This document shows positions 1-8,044 of a stretch of DNA of 22,272 bases, one piece after another; position 1 is the first letter of the stretch; every line of letters begins with the position of its first letter. A program made the position numbers and the translations under genes. Where the stretch lies: assembly GCA_963833225.1 (NCBI GenBank), contig CAWHXD010000010.1:1-22272 (forward strand), given 5' to 3'. The DNA comes from an uncultured Chloroflexia bacterium. GTDB lineage: Bacteria > Chloroflexota > Limnocylindria > Limnocylindrales > CSP1-4. A model generated the notes under the pieces. It saw only the letters and a list, made by a program, of their open reading frames with translations. It made no database searches and was not told the DNA's origin.

Positions 1-2
1 CG

Positions 3-851
3 CCGGGGTCGACCGCCGGAGGCGGGGTGGTCCTCGATGCAGGGCCGCCCCGCGGTATCTCGCGGCGGCGCCTCACGCCGGAGCGAGCGACCGCCCTCGC
101 CAGCGGGCCGGTCGGCTCGGCGAGCGCGAGGCTGGAGCTCCATGGCGCGCTGCGCGACACGACCGGCTGGCGGCTGGCCCCGGACGTCGATGCGGCGCTG
201 GTGGCGCACGCCCGTGGGCTGGTCGACGCCCACCACGCGGACGATCCGGATTCAACGGGCATCTCCATGGCTGGTCTGCGAACGGAGGTGGCGCTTGCTG
301 CCCGCCGCCGCGTCACGCTCACCCGGGCCGCGGCCGAAGAGGTGGCGAAGGGCGTCGTGGACGGGCTCATCGGAACCGGCGTCCTGGCACGGGACGGTGA
401 CAGGGTGCGCGACGCCGGTCACGCCGCCGGGCTGCCGACCGCGACGCTCGCGGCGATGGATCGGCTGGAGGCCGCGCTCTCGGTCGCCGCCCCGCCGCCG
501 CTGGCCGGCGCCGCGCGTGCTGCCGGCTGCCCGCCCGCGGGCGTGCGCGCGCTCGAGTCCGCAGGCCGGATCGTCAGGCTCGAGGACGATCTCGCCTGGT
601 CGGCGGCGACCTATCGCGACCTGGCAAGGCGCGCGATGTCGATGGCCGCCACCGGACCGCTGTCTCCCGCCGCCTTCCGCGACGCGACCGGCAGCAGCCG
701 CCGGTACGTGCTCGCCATCCTCGGCGACCTGGACCGGCGAGCGCTTCTGCGGCGCACGGACGCCGGGCACGTCCTGGGGCCGAAGACGCTGGCGCGGCTG
801 CGAGCCCGGGCCGCGGCTTCCAGGCCGGCGCCGGACGGGGACCCGGGATGA
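3..851 (+). CDS. selB: Selenocysteine-specific translation elongation factor SelB, C-terminal part (5' truncated by window edge)
   Basis: The frame is open from the window edge: PGSTAGGGVVLD matches the end of SelB domain III. The C-terminal LSPAAFRDATGSSRRYVLAILGDLDRRALLRR matches the SECIS-binding winged helix (FRD..G.SRK.....L..LD....TRR). Confidence 0.85.
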   Translation, partial: PGSTAGGGVVLDAGPPRGISRRRLTPERATALASGPVGSASARLELHGALRDTTGWRLAPDVDAALVAHARGLVDAHHADDPDSTGISMAGLRTEVALAARRRVTLTRAAAEEVAKGVVDGLIGTGVLARDGDRVRDAGHAAGLPTATLAAMDRLEAALSVAAPPPLAGAARAAGCPPAGVRALESAGRIVRLEDDLAWSAATYRDLARRAMSMAATGPLSPAAFRDATGSSRRYVLAILGDLDRRALLRRTDAGHVLGPKTLARLRARAAASRPAPDGDPG

Positions 852-1459
852 CGGTCGCCGCGATCGTGCTCGCCGGTGGTGCGAGCACCCGCTTCGGGAC
901 CGACAAGCTGGCCGTGGACCTGGATGGCCGGCCGCTGCTCCATCACGCGCTCGATGCCTGCGGTCTCGTGGCGGGCCGCATGGTCCTCGTGGTCGCACCC
1001 GATCCGCCCGTGCTCGTCGTGCCGCCTGCCCTTGCCGATCGGATCGTGCTGGTTCGGGATCCGGTCGCCCATCGCGGCCCGCTGGCCGGCCTGGCCGCGG
1101 GCCTGGAGGCGGTCCCCGAGGCCGAGGTTGCGCTCGTCGCCGGCGGCGACATGCCCTCGCTCGTCCCCGCCGTGCTCCGGCTCATGACCGATTGCCTGCT
1201 CGCCGACGCGGCCAACGCCGCCGCGACGCTCGAGACCGATCCTCCTTCGCCGCTGCCGATGGCCGTCCGGCCCGTCCCCGTCCTCGCGGCTGCGCGAGAC
1301 CTCCTGGGCGAGGACCGTCGGTCCCTCCGGAGCCTGCTCGATCGCGTGTCCTCGATCGTCGTCGCCGCCGATGCGTGGCAGGCGCTCGATCCCGCCCGGC
1401 TGACGCTCGCGGACGTCGATACGCGTCGCGACCTTCGAGGTTCCGGGCGGCACGATTGA
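848..1459 (+). CDS. mobA: Molybdenum cofactor guanylyltransferase (MobA-like NTP transferase)
   Basis: Motifs VLAGGASTRFGTDK, GPLAGL and GGDMP, with C-terminal DVDT. ATGA overlap with the selB stop at 848-851. Confidence 0.88.
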   Translation: MTVAAIVLAGGASTRFGTDKLAVDLDGRPLLHHALDACGLVAGRMVLVVAPDPPVLVVPPALADRIVLVRDPVAHRGPLAGLAAGLEAVPEAEVALVAGGDMPSLVPAVLRLMTDCLLADAANAAATLETDPPSPLPMAVRPVPVLAAARDLLGEDRRSLRSLLDRVSSIVVAADAWQALDPARLTLADVDTRRDLRGSGRHD

Positions 1460-1620
1460 CGACCACGCGGCCGGCCGGTCCACGACGACGCGTGGCGCCG
1501 GCTCGCGATCGATATCGATGCCGGCCTCGCAACGAGTGATCGGGCCCGGGGCGGCCGCTGCCGTGGTTGAGGGCGTCTCGCTGGCCCGTCCCGAACGACA
1601 GGCACGGACGTCCTATGGCG

Positions 1621-3266
1621 CTACCCCTCCAGGTCGGGGGTTTCGTGGACCGCCACGCCCTCGACGAACGTGGCCACCACCCGGGCGTCGCCGATCGGCC
1701 CGGCACCCGGGTCGAACAGGTCGCGGTCGAGGATCGCCAGGTCCGCCAGCTTGCCGAGCATCAGCGAGCCGGTGTCGTCGAGATGGTTGGCGTAGGCCGA
1801 TCCGGCCGTGAACGCGGTGAGCGCGTCGGTCAGCTCGATCGTCTCCTCGGGCATGAACGGCTCGGCGCCGCGGTCCTCGTGGCTGACACGAGTGACGGCC
1901 ACCTCCATCTGGAGGAACGGATCGGGCGTGGACACGGCCCAGTCCGAGCCCATCGCCAGCGTCGCGCCGTGCCGGCGCAGCGATCGCAGCGGGTACTGGC
2001 GTCCGCTGACCTCCGGGCCGAGGATCGGGAGGGTCAGCTCGTCCATCTGCTCCTCGTGGGTGGCCCAGAAGGCCTGGTGGTTGGCGAGCGCGCCCAGCCG
2101 GCGGAACCGGGGCAGATCGTCGGGGTGGACGATCTGGAGATGCGCGAGCTGCGGCCGGGTGTCGGACCAGCCGTTCGCCCGTCGCGCCGCCTCGACGGCA
2201 TCGAGCGCGAGCCGGACGGCCCGATCGCCGAGCGCATGGAAGTGCGGCTGGAAACCCAGGGCGTCGAGCCGCACGACGGCAGGCCCGAGGATCTCGGGTG
2301 GGATGAACACCTTGCCGGCGTTGCCGTGCCGGCCGCCCCTCGACGTCGAGGTACGGCTGGAGCATCGCGGCCGACCCGTTCTCGACGATCCCGTCGACCA
2401 TGAGCTTGACGCTGGTGGCGGCATACCGTCCGAGGCACCCGACCTGCCGGCGCTCGACGAGCTCGTCGATCTGCTCCAGGCCACGGGTCCGATCCCACCA
2501 CAGCGCGCCGACCACGCGGGCCGTGAGCTCGCCCGAGCCGGCAAGCGCAAGGTAGGCGTCCTGATCCTCCGCGGTCACCCAGGCGTCCTGCCAGGCCGTG
2601 ATGCCAAGGGAATGCAGGTATCGCTGGCTTTCTCGCAGGGCGCCGCAGCAGCTCGTCGGGGCTCGTCGATGGGGCGAGCCGGCTCACGAGATCCATGGCC
2701 CCCTCGTGGAGGGTGCCCAGCGGGGAGCCGTCGGCGTCGCGCGCGATGCGGCCGTCGGCCGGGTCCGGGGTGTCGGCGGTGATGCCGGCAAGCTCCAGTG
2801 CCCGGCTGTTGACCCAGGCGTCGTGCACGTCGCGGTTGGGCAGGAACACCGGGCGATCGGGGACGACGAGATCGAGATCCTCGCGGCGCGGCAGGCCGCC
2901 CGGGAAGTCCGCCAGCGACCAGCCGCCGCCCAGGATCCATTCGGCATCGGGATGCGTGGCCGCGTACCCGGCCACGATCTCGAGGTAGCGCTCGACGCCG
3001 CGTTCGTCGTGGAGCTCGCACCGGATCCGGGCGAGACCGCCGTGAGTGGGGTGCACATGCGCGTCCTGGAACCCGGGCGTCACCGTCCGCCCCCGGAGGG
3101 CGATCACCCGAGTTCGGGAGCCGGCCAGGCGCATGATCGCCAGGTCGCCGCCGATGGCGGCGATCCTGCCGTCCCGCACGGCGACTGCCTCCGCCCACGA
3201 TCGCGCCGGATCCGCCGTGAAGATCCGCCCCCCGGCCAGCACAAGGTCGGCGTCGTGGTCGTTCAT
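1621..3266 (-). pseudogene. YtcJ-like amidohydrolase (amidohydrolase_3 family), split by two frameshifts; pseudogene or sequencing error
   Basis: Segment 1 runs MNDHDADLVL..PGFQDAHVH..GTLHEGA. A shift at ~2643 leads into ALRESQRYLHSLGITAWQDA..VKLMVDG. A shift at ~2329 leads into QPHFHALGDRA..LAHLQ..GSDWAVS..GKLADLAILD. Removing 2 nt gives about 547 aa. Confidence 0.85.
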
Positions 3267-3272
3267 GGTCGC

Positions 3273-3278
3273 AGCATG
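3273..3278 (-). promoter_or_regulatory. -10 element (TGt-CATGCT) for a leaderless amidohydrolase transcript
   Basis: Hexamer lies 6 nt upstream of ATG 3266; no Shine-Dalgarno seen. Confidence 0.45.
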
Positions 3279-3336
3279 ACAGGCGAGCGCCGCGCACTCC
3301 CGACGGTTCCGCCCCGCGCATGTTCCCCTGGGCCGG

Positions 3337-3342
3337 TACGCT
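3337..3342 (+). promoter_or_regulatory. -10 element TACGCT, leaderless
   Basis: TANNNT exactly 6 nt before ATG 3349. Confidence 0.6.
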
Positions 3343-3348
3343 CCGCGC

Positions 3349-3897
3349 ATGACCAGCGTCCATCTGCTCCACGCCGGCTACGCGGCTGACCGCGTCGGCT
3401 CATCCATCGTCCTCGTCCACGATGCCGATGCGCTGATCGTCGTCGATCCGGGGATGGTTGCCCGGCGATCGCTCATCCTCGAGCCCCTCACCGAGCTCGG
3501 GATCGCGCCCGAGGCCGTGACTCACGTGTTCCTGAGCCACCATCACCCCGATCACACGATGAACATCGCGCTGTTCCCGAACGCCGAGGTGGTGGACTTC
3601 TGGGCTCGATACAGGGACGACCAGTGGCTCGACCACGACGGTGACGGCTATCGGTTGTCGCCCCATGCACAGCTGTGGCTGACGCCCGGCCACACGGAGG
3701 AGGACGCGTCGCTCATCGTCGAGGCCGATGAAGCGGTGTACGCCATGACCCACCTGTGGTGGCGCGATGACCGGACCCCCGAGGTGGATCCGCTCGGCTG
3801 GGACCAGGCGGCGATCGAGCACCATCGCGCCCGGGTGCTGGCCGTGGCCGAGATCGTGGTCCCGGGTCACGGTGGGCCGTTCCCCGTCACCCGCTGA
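3349..3897 (+). CDS. Small MBL-fold metallo-hydrolase (MBLAC1-like)
   Basis: VVDPG, SHHHPDH (HxHxDH), TPGHT and C-terminal VPGHG motifs. Confidence 0.9.
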   Translation: MTSVHLLHAGYAADRVGSSIVLVHDADALIVVDPGMVARRSLILEPLTELGIAPEAVTHVFLSHHHPDHTMNIALFPNAEVVDFWARYRDDQWLDHDGDGYRLSPHAQLWLTPGHTEEDASLIVEADEAVYAMTHLWWRDDRTPEVDPLGWDQAAIEHHRARVLAVAEIVVPGHGGPFPVTR

Positions 3898-3956
3898 GGG
3901 CGTGCCGCCGGAGACGCCGCGGTCCGCTGCGTTCGCGGTGGGCCGAGTCGACACAA

Positions 3957-3990
3957 TCTCCATCCGGCCTCCTCGAAGCCTCCATGAACG
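3957..3990 (+). promoter_or_regulatory. Three direct repeats with 11-bp period; candidate OmpR/PhoB-family binding site
   Basis: CTCCATCCGGC CTCCTCGAAGC CTCCATGAACG, with CTCC starting at 3958, 3969 and 3980. Confidence 0.4.
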
Positions 3991-4071
3991 AATCGCAGGA
4001 TCGGGCCCGATCAAACGCGGTGCGCCGCGCATCGGTGGCGTCGCACCCGGCGTGCCGGGAGGTGAACGAGG

Positions 4072-4686
4072 ATGAGACACAGGTCATTCGTAATCGGTGC
4101 CGCGACCGCTGCACTGCTCGCCACGGGTGCTGTGGCGTCGGTAGCCTCGGGTGCGGCCGGGGACGGTCTGTGCGTGAGCAGCTGTGACGGCGCACCCGAT
4201 CGCGACCGGGATCGCGACCGGCTGCAGCTCCCCGCGGTGGGCGCCGGTGCGCCGATCGTCGACCTCGAGCCGATCGTGGCCCGGGATCGCGACCAGCTCC
4301 GCGACGCGGTTCCTGACCGGGATCGCGACCAGCTCCGCGACCCGGACAGTGACCAGGACCGGGATCAGGTGCGTGACCAGGACCGGTCGCATGATCCTGG
4401 CGGGATCGTGTCGGTGAGCGCGGACGTGCCTGCGACGAAGCGGGTGCAGCTCGGCGCGCCCGCGTCGGCGGAACCGCCTCCAACCCGAACGAAGACGGGC
4501 ACGACGGCACCGACCGAGGTCCGCGAGGAGGGCCGGGCCCAGGCAGCGGCCCAGGAGCAGGTCCGGGCCCAGACCCAGGCACAGACCCGGAGCCACGCTC
4601 AAACGGGGTGGGTGGCGGGGGTATCGACACGCCGACCCGGGGGCCTGAGGGCCGACCGCGCCCCGGCGCGACGCCACGCTGCCTGA
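4072..4686 (+). CDS. Hypothetical secreted low-complexity protein with DRDRDQLRD repeats
   Basis: Strong SD GGAGGTGA at 4058-4065. Signal-peptide-like N-terminus MRHRSFVIGAATAALLATGAVA. D/R/Q repeats and a QAQT-rich tail. The 3' end is uncertain. Confidence 0.7.
   Translation: MRHRSFVIGAATAALLATGAVASVASGAAGDGLCVSSCDGAPDRDRDRDRLQLPAVGAGAPIVDLEPIVARDRDQLRDAVPDRDRDQLRDPDSDQDRDQVRDQDRSHDPGGIVSVSADVPATKRVQLGAPASAEPPPTRTKTGTTAPTEVREEGRAQAAAQEQVRAQTQAQTRSHAQTGWVAGVSTRRPGGLRADRAPARRHAA
4198..4386 (+). repeat. Intragenic coding repeats (CGGGATCGCGACCAGCTCCGCGAC and variants)
   Basis: The unit recurs in exact and degenerate copies encoding (D)RDRDQLRD / DQDRDQVRD. Confidence 0.75.
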
Positions 4687-4834
4687 TCGAGCTCGCCCTC
4701 AGCTCGCGATGCCCCTTCTCGTTCCCACATCGCGGCATCGACGTCGAGCTGCAGGTGAGCCGCAGCTCGACGATCACGCCCTGGCGGCGGGTGTTGTGCG
4801 GCGGCATCCATGCGAGTGCCGTCGCCTTGCGGCG

Positions 4835-6421
4835 TCACGACGAGGGCGGGGTTCCCGCGCGTACCTCCGTGCCGCCGTCCTCTCCGTCCCGCTCGCGGAG
4901 GCCGTACCAGTTCGCCGCCGCGCCGGCGACCAGCAGTCCGGCACACACGAGCGCGGCCAGGTGAAAGGCCTCGGTCGAGGCTACGCGCGCCGCGTCGATG
5001 ACGTCCTGCGATGAGCCCTGCCTGGGCGGATTGAGCGGCTGGACCTGCGCGCGGAGATCGGTGCTGTCGGGATCGAGACCCGGGACGGCGGTCGCCAGCG
5101 ACGTGTAGAACGATCCGGTGACCACGATGAAGATCACCGCCAGCAGGATCGGCTGCCCGATCCGGCTGACCGCATTGTTGATCGCCGACGCGACGCCCGC
5201 GTTGCGTACCGGGACAGAGGACATCAGGGTCGACGTCAGCGGTGCCACCACCAGCGAGATCCCGACGCCGAACAGGAGCACGAACGGGAGGACGTCGACC
5301 AGCGACGATGTCGGAGGCAGGAACGTCGAGGGTTCGGAGGGCGAGAACGTCCAGGGCTGCGAATCGGCGGGGATCCGCGAGAACCAGGCCAGTCCGGCGG
5401 CCATCAGCAGCGGGCCGACCCACAGGAACACGCGGGCCCCGTGTCGGCCTGCCAGCACGCCGACACGCGTCGAGAGGACCGTGAGCAGGATGCTGCTCGG
5501 CAGCGTCACCAGCCCGGCTGCGGTCGCGGTGTAGCCCAGCACGCCCTGGAGGAACAGGTACTCGAACGTGAAGGTGCAGTACAGCGCACCGTAGATCAGC
5601 AGCGTCGAGAGGTTGATCGTCGCGAATGCGCGGCGTCGGAACAGCTCGAGGGGAACCAGGGGGTTCGGCCGCCGGGTCATCAGGATCGGGAACGCGACCA
5701 GCGCCACGACCCCCACCGCCAGCGCTCCCCATGCGACCGGATCCTGCCACTGCCGGTCCTGGCCGCGGATCGCGCCAAACGCGAGACCGCCGATCGCCAG
5801 CACGGCGACGACCGCCCCCAGCCAGTCGAACCGACCGCTCGCGTTCTCGTCGCGGGTCTCCGGCATGTATCGGATCGTCGCGTACAGCGCGACGACGACC
5901 AGCGGGATGTTGAGCAGGAACGCGGCCCGCCAGCTGACGGTGTCGACCAGGAAACCCCCGGCGATCGGGCCGATCAGCGTCGTTGCCGACGTGGCCGACG
6001 CCCAGATGCCGAACGCGCGAGCCCGCGCCGGACCGTCGAAGATGGCGGTCAGGATCGCGAGCGAGCCAGGCACCAGCAGGGCCCCCGCCGCTCCCTGGAG
6101 GATCCGGAACAGCACCAGCAGCTCCAGCGTGGGGGCGAGGCCGCACAGCACGGACATCGTCCCGAAGCCGGTGAGCCCGATCAGGAACACGCGCCGGCGC
6201 CCGTGGTAGTCGGCGAGCGCACCGGCCAGCACCAGCAGCGCCGCGAGGACGGCGAGGTAGCCGCTCACGGCGTATGCCTGGCCCTCGAGCGTCGACACCA
6301 GCGTCCCCGGCAGCTCCTCGCCGATGCGTTTGAGGGCGAGGTTCACGACCGTGCCGTCGAGGAAGACCATCGACGATCCGAGGATCGCCGCGAGCATGGT
6401 CCAGCGCTGGGACGAGGTCAC
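4835..6421 (-). CDS. MFS transporter, DHA2-like 14-TMS drug/metabolite exporter
   Basis: MVFLDGTVVNLAL (motif D1), GALADYHGRRRVF (motif A), RILQGAAGA (motif B) and a GP..GG antiporter motif. GTG start at 6421 is likely; see the uORF finding. Confidence 0.92.
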   Translation of the reverse strand: MTSSQRWTMLAAILGSSMVFLDGTVVNLALKRIGEELPGTLVSTLEGQAYAVSGYLAVLAALLVLAGALADYHGRRRVFLIGLTGFGTMSVLCGLAPTLELLVLFRILQGAAGALLVPGSLAILTAIFDGPARARAFGIWASATSATTLIGPIAGGFLVDTVSWRAAFLLNIPLVVVALYATIRYMPETRDENASGRFDWLGAVVAVLAIGGLAFGAIRGQDRQWQDPVAWGALAVGVVALVAFPILMTRRPNPLVPLELFRRRAFATINLSTLLIYGALYCTFTFEYLFLQGVLGYTATAAGLVTLPSSILLTVLSTRVGVLAGRHGARVFLWVGPLLMAAGLAWFSRIPADSQPWTFSPSEPSTFLPPTSSLVDVLPFVLLFGVGISLVVAPLTSTLMSSVPVRNAGVASAINNAVSRIGQPILLAVIFIVVTGSFYTSLATAVPGLDPDSTDLRAQVQPLNPPRQGSSQDVIDAARVASTEAFHLAALVCAGLLVAGAAANWYGLRERDGEDGGTEVRAGTPPSS

Positions 6422-6447
6422 CGGATCAGGGGACGCGACATGCGCCG

Positions 6448-6456
6448 AGTGTCGCA
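6448..6456 (-). promoter_or_regulatory. Extended -10-like element TGCGACACT
   Basis: Lies 6 nt upstream of ATG 6441. The identical TGCGACACTCG precedes ATG 22133 at the same spacing. Confidence 0.5.
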
Positions 6457-6558
6457 GGACGCCGCGACACGCGTCCAGCACCGGCGGCATGGGCACCGGA
6501 TCAACTGGATCACCACGCTGGAGCAACGCCCACGAACTCGCCCGGCGGACGGCTGCTC

Positions 6559-6564
6559 TAGACT
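6559..6564 (+). promoter_or_regulatory. -10 element TAGACT, leaderless
   Basis: TANNNT 6 nt before GTG 6571. Confidence 0.65.
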
Positions 6565-6570
6565 GCGCGC

Positions 6571-7293
6571 GTGCCCGGACCCGTGGCGCTCGTCGGCGCC
6601 GGTGAGTTCCTCGCTCCGATGGTCGAGCTCGACCGAAGCCTGCTTCAGTCGATCGGTCGGCCGCGTCCGCGGGTCGTGATCCTGCCCACCGCGTCCGCCC
6701 CGGATGGCGAGCACACGTTCCGGACCTGGGCCGAGATGGGTGTGGAGCACTTCAGCGCGCTGGGCGCCGAGGTGGAGCCGGTCCTCGTGCGCACGGTCGC
6801 CGAGGGGTACGACGCCGCGGTGCTCCAGGCGATCGGCGAGGCGGACCTCGTCTACCTGTCGGGCGGACACCCGCGGCACCTCGACAGGGTGCTCCGCGAG
6901 TCGCCGGTGGGGCAGGCCCTCGTCGTCGCCCACGCTCGTGGCGCCACCATCGTCGGCTGCTCGGCCGGTGCCATGTCGATCGCCGGCAGGTCGGTCGGCT
7001 TCCGCGTCGTACCGAGGCTTCGGATCCCGCTGCCATTCCCCATCAGGTGGCCGGCCGGGCTGTCACTGGTTGAAGGGGTCGCGGTGCTGCCGCACTACGA
7101 TGCGTGGCCGGAGGCGCTCGCCGCGTCTGTCGCCCTCCAGGCACCGCGGGGCGCGCTGGTGATGGGGATCGACGAGGACACAGCGGCAGTCGGTCGGGAC
7201 GGTGCCTGGCAGGTCCACGGACGCGGTCGAGTCACCGTCTGGCGCGGCCGCCATCGCGAGCGCTTTCGCCGGGGCGAGGCGTTCCGGCTCTGA
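6571..7293 (+). CDS. Peptidase S51 family (cyanophycinase/dipeptidase E-like; class I glutamine amidotransferase-like fold)
   Basis: ILPTAS, YLSGG, GCSAGA (Ser nucleophile), LPHYD and GIDEDTA motifs. Confidence 0.85.
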   Translation: MPGPVALVGAGEFLAPMVELDRSLLQSIGRPRPRVVILPTASAPDGEHTFRTWAEMGVEHFSALGAEVEPVLVRTVAEGYDAAVLQAIGEADLVYLSGGHPRHLDRVLRESPVGQALVVAHARGATIVGCSAGAMSIAGRSVGFRVVPRLRIPLPFPIRWPAGLSLVEGVAVLPHYDAWPEALAASVALQAPRGALVMGIDEDTAAVGRDGAWQVHGRGRVTVWRGRHRERFRRGEAFRL

Positions 7294-7330
7294 CGCCCCG
7301 GTTCCCGCGGAGGCGACGCGCGATCACTAC

Positions 7331-7380
7331 CGCCACCCGGTCGTCGACGCCACCCGGTCGTCGACGCCACCGCCGTCGAC
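7331..7380. repeat. 17-bp tandem repeat (CGCCACCCGGTCGTCGA x2 plus a degenerate third copy)
   Basis: Exact copies at 7331-7347 and 7348-7364, and a variant at 7365-7380, between convergent genes. Confidence 0.85.
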
Positions 7381-7417
7381 AGCCGGGGACAGCGCGAGTC
7401 CAGGGGGTCCGCGGCGA

Positions 7418-7756
7418 TCAGTCCGGGCGGACCTGGCGGAAGCAGTCGGAGCAGTAGACCGGCTTGTCCATGCGTGGCTTGAACGGCACCTGCGCCTGGT
7501 TGCCGCACGACGAGCAGACGGCCACGAAGTACTCGCGGGGGGCACGATCGTCCGTGCGCTCATACCCGCGCGGCCCGCCGATCGACCGCAGATCGCCGCC
7601 GCCGTCCCGGGTGGCCCGGCGATAGGCGCGGCAGGAGGTGCATCGCTTGGGGTCGGAGGTGAACCCTTTCTGGGCGTAGTACTCCTGATCGGCAGCCGAG
7701 TGGATGAACTCCACGCCACAGTCGACACAGGTCATGGTTCGATCCGTATAGGTCAC
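7418..7756 (-). CDS. Double zinc-ribbon protein (zf-trcl N-terminal plus CxxC-x17-CxxC C-terminal domain)
   Basis: DRTMTCVDCG.EF.....Q.YY.QKGF...PKRCTSCR and VCSSCG....VPFKP....PVYCSDCF. SD GGGAGG upstream of the GTG start. Confidence 0.92.
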   Translation of the reverse strand: MTYTDRTMTCVDCGVEFIHSAADQEYYAQKGFTSDPKRCTSCRAYRRATRDGGGDLRSIGGPRGYERTDDRAPREYFVAVCSSCGNQAQVPFKPRMDKPVYCSDCFRQVRPD

Positions 7757-8022
7757 GATGTTCCTCCCGGGCGCGCGCTCGGACGATGCTGATGCGCGAC
7801 CGAAACGGGACCCTCCCCTGGGCGACGGTGGCGGCGGGGAGTCAGCCGGGGCCGCGCGACCCAGGTGCCGTTCTCGGAGTCCCTAGCTCGGGGCGCACCG
7901 GTGAATGCGGCGCCAGCCTACACCGGGTGGGCGATCCCTGCTGACAGCGGCCCCGGCGCCGCCGGGCTCACTCCCGAGGCGTCGCCGAGCTCCCCGCCAA
8001 AGCCGCCGATTCCGGCTCAGCG

Positions 8023-8044
8023 GTGACAGGTGACCTGTCACAAT
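8023..8044 (+). promoter_or_regulatory. Perfect palindrome GTGACAGGT-G-ACCTGTCAC overlapping an extended -10-like TGTCACAAT
   Basis: 9-bp arms at 8023-8031 and 8033-8041; CACAAT at 8039-8044; located in the divergent intergenic region. Confidence 0.6.

Noticed and set aside
1508-1519. 12-bp palindrome ATCGATATCGAT between convergent genes
   Set aside because: There is no promoter context, and ATCGAT is common in this sequence; it cannot be distinguished from chance.
2320-2650. Programmed ribosomal frameshifting in the amidohydrolase
   Set aside because: There is no slippery sequence, and two separate shifts would be required.
4198-4386. Repeats as a possible CRISPR array
   Set aside because: They are in-frame coding repeats with irregular spacing; there are no unique spacers and no cas genes.
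4599-4811. Possible small minus-strand gene remnant (..VIVELRL / LQLDVDAAMWERE..)
   Set aside because: It needs a frameshift, has no clear RBS and overlaps the 4072 ORF; any family resemblance is too weak.
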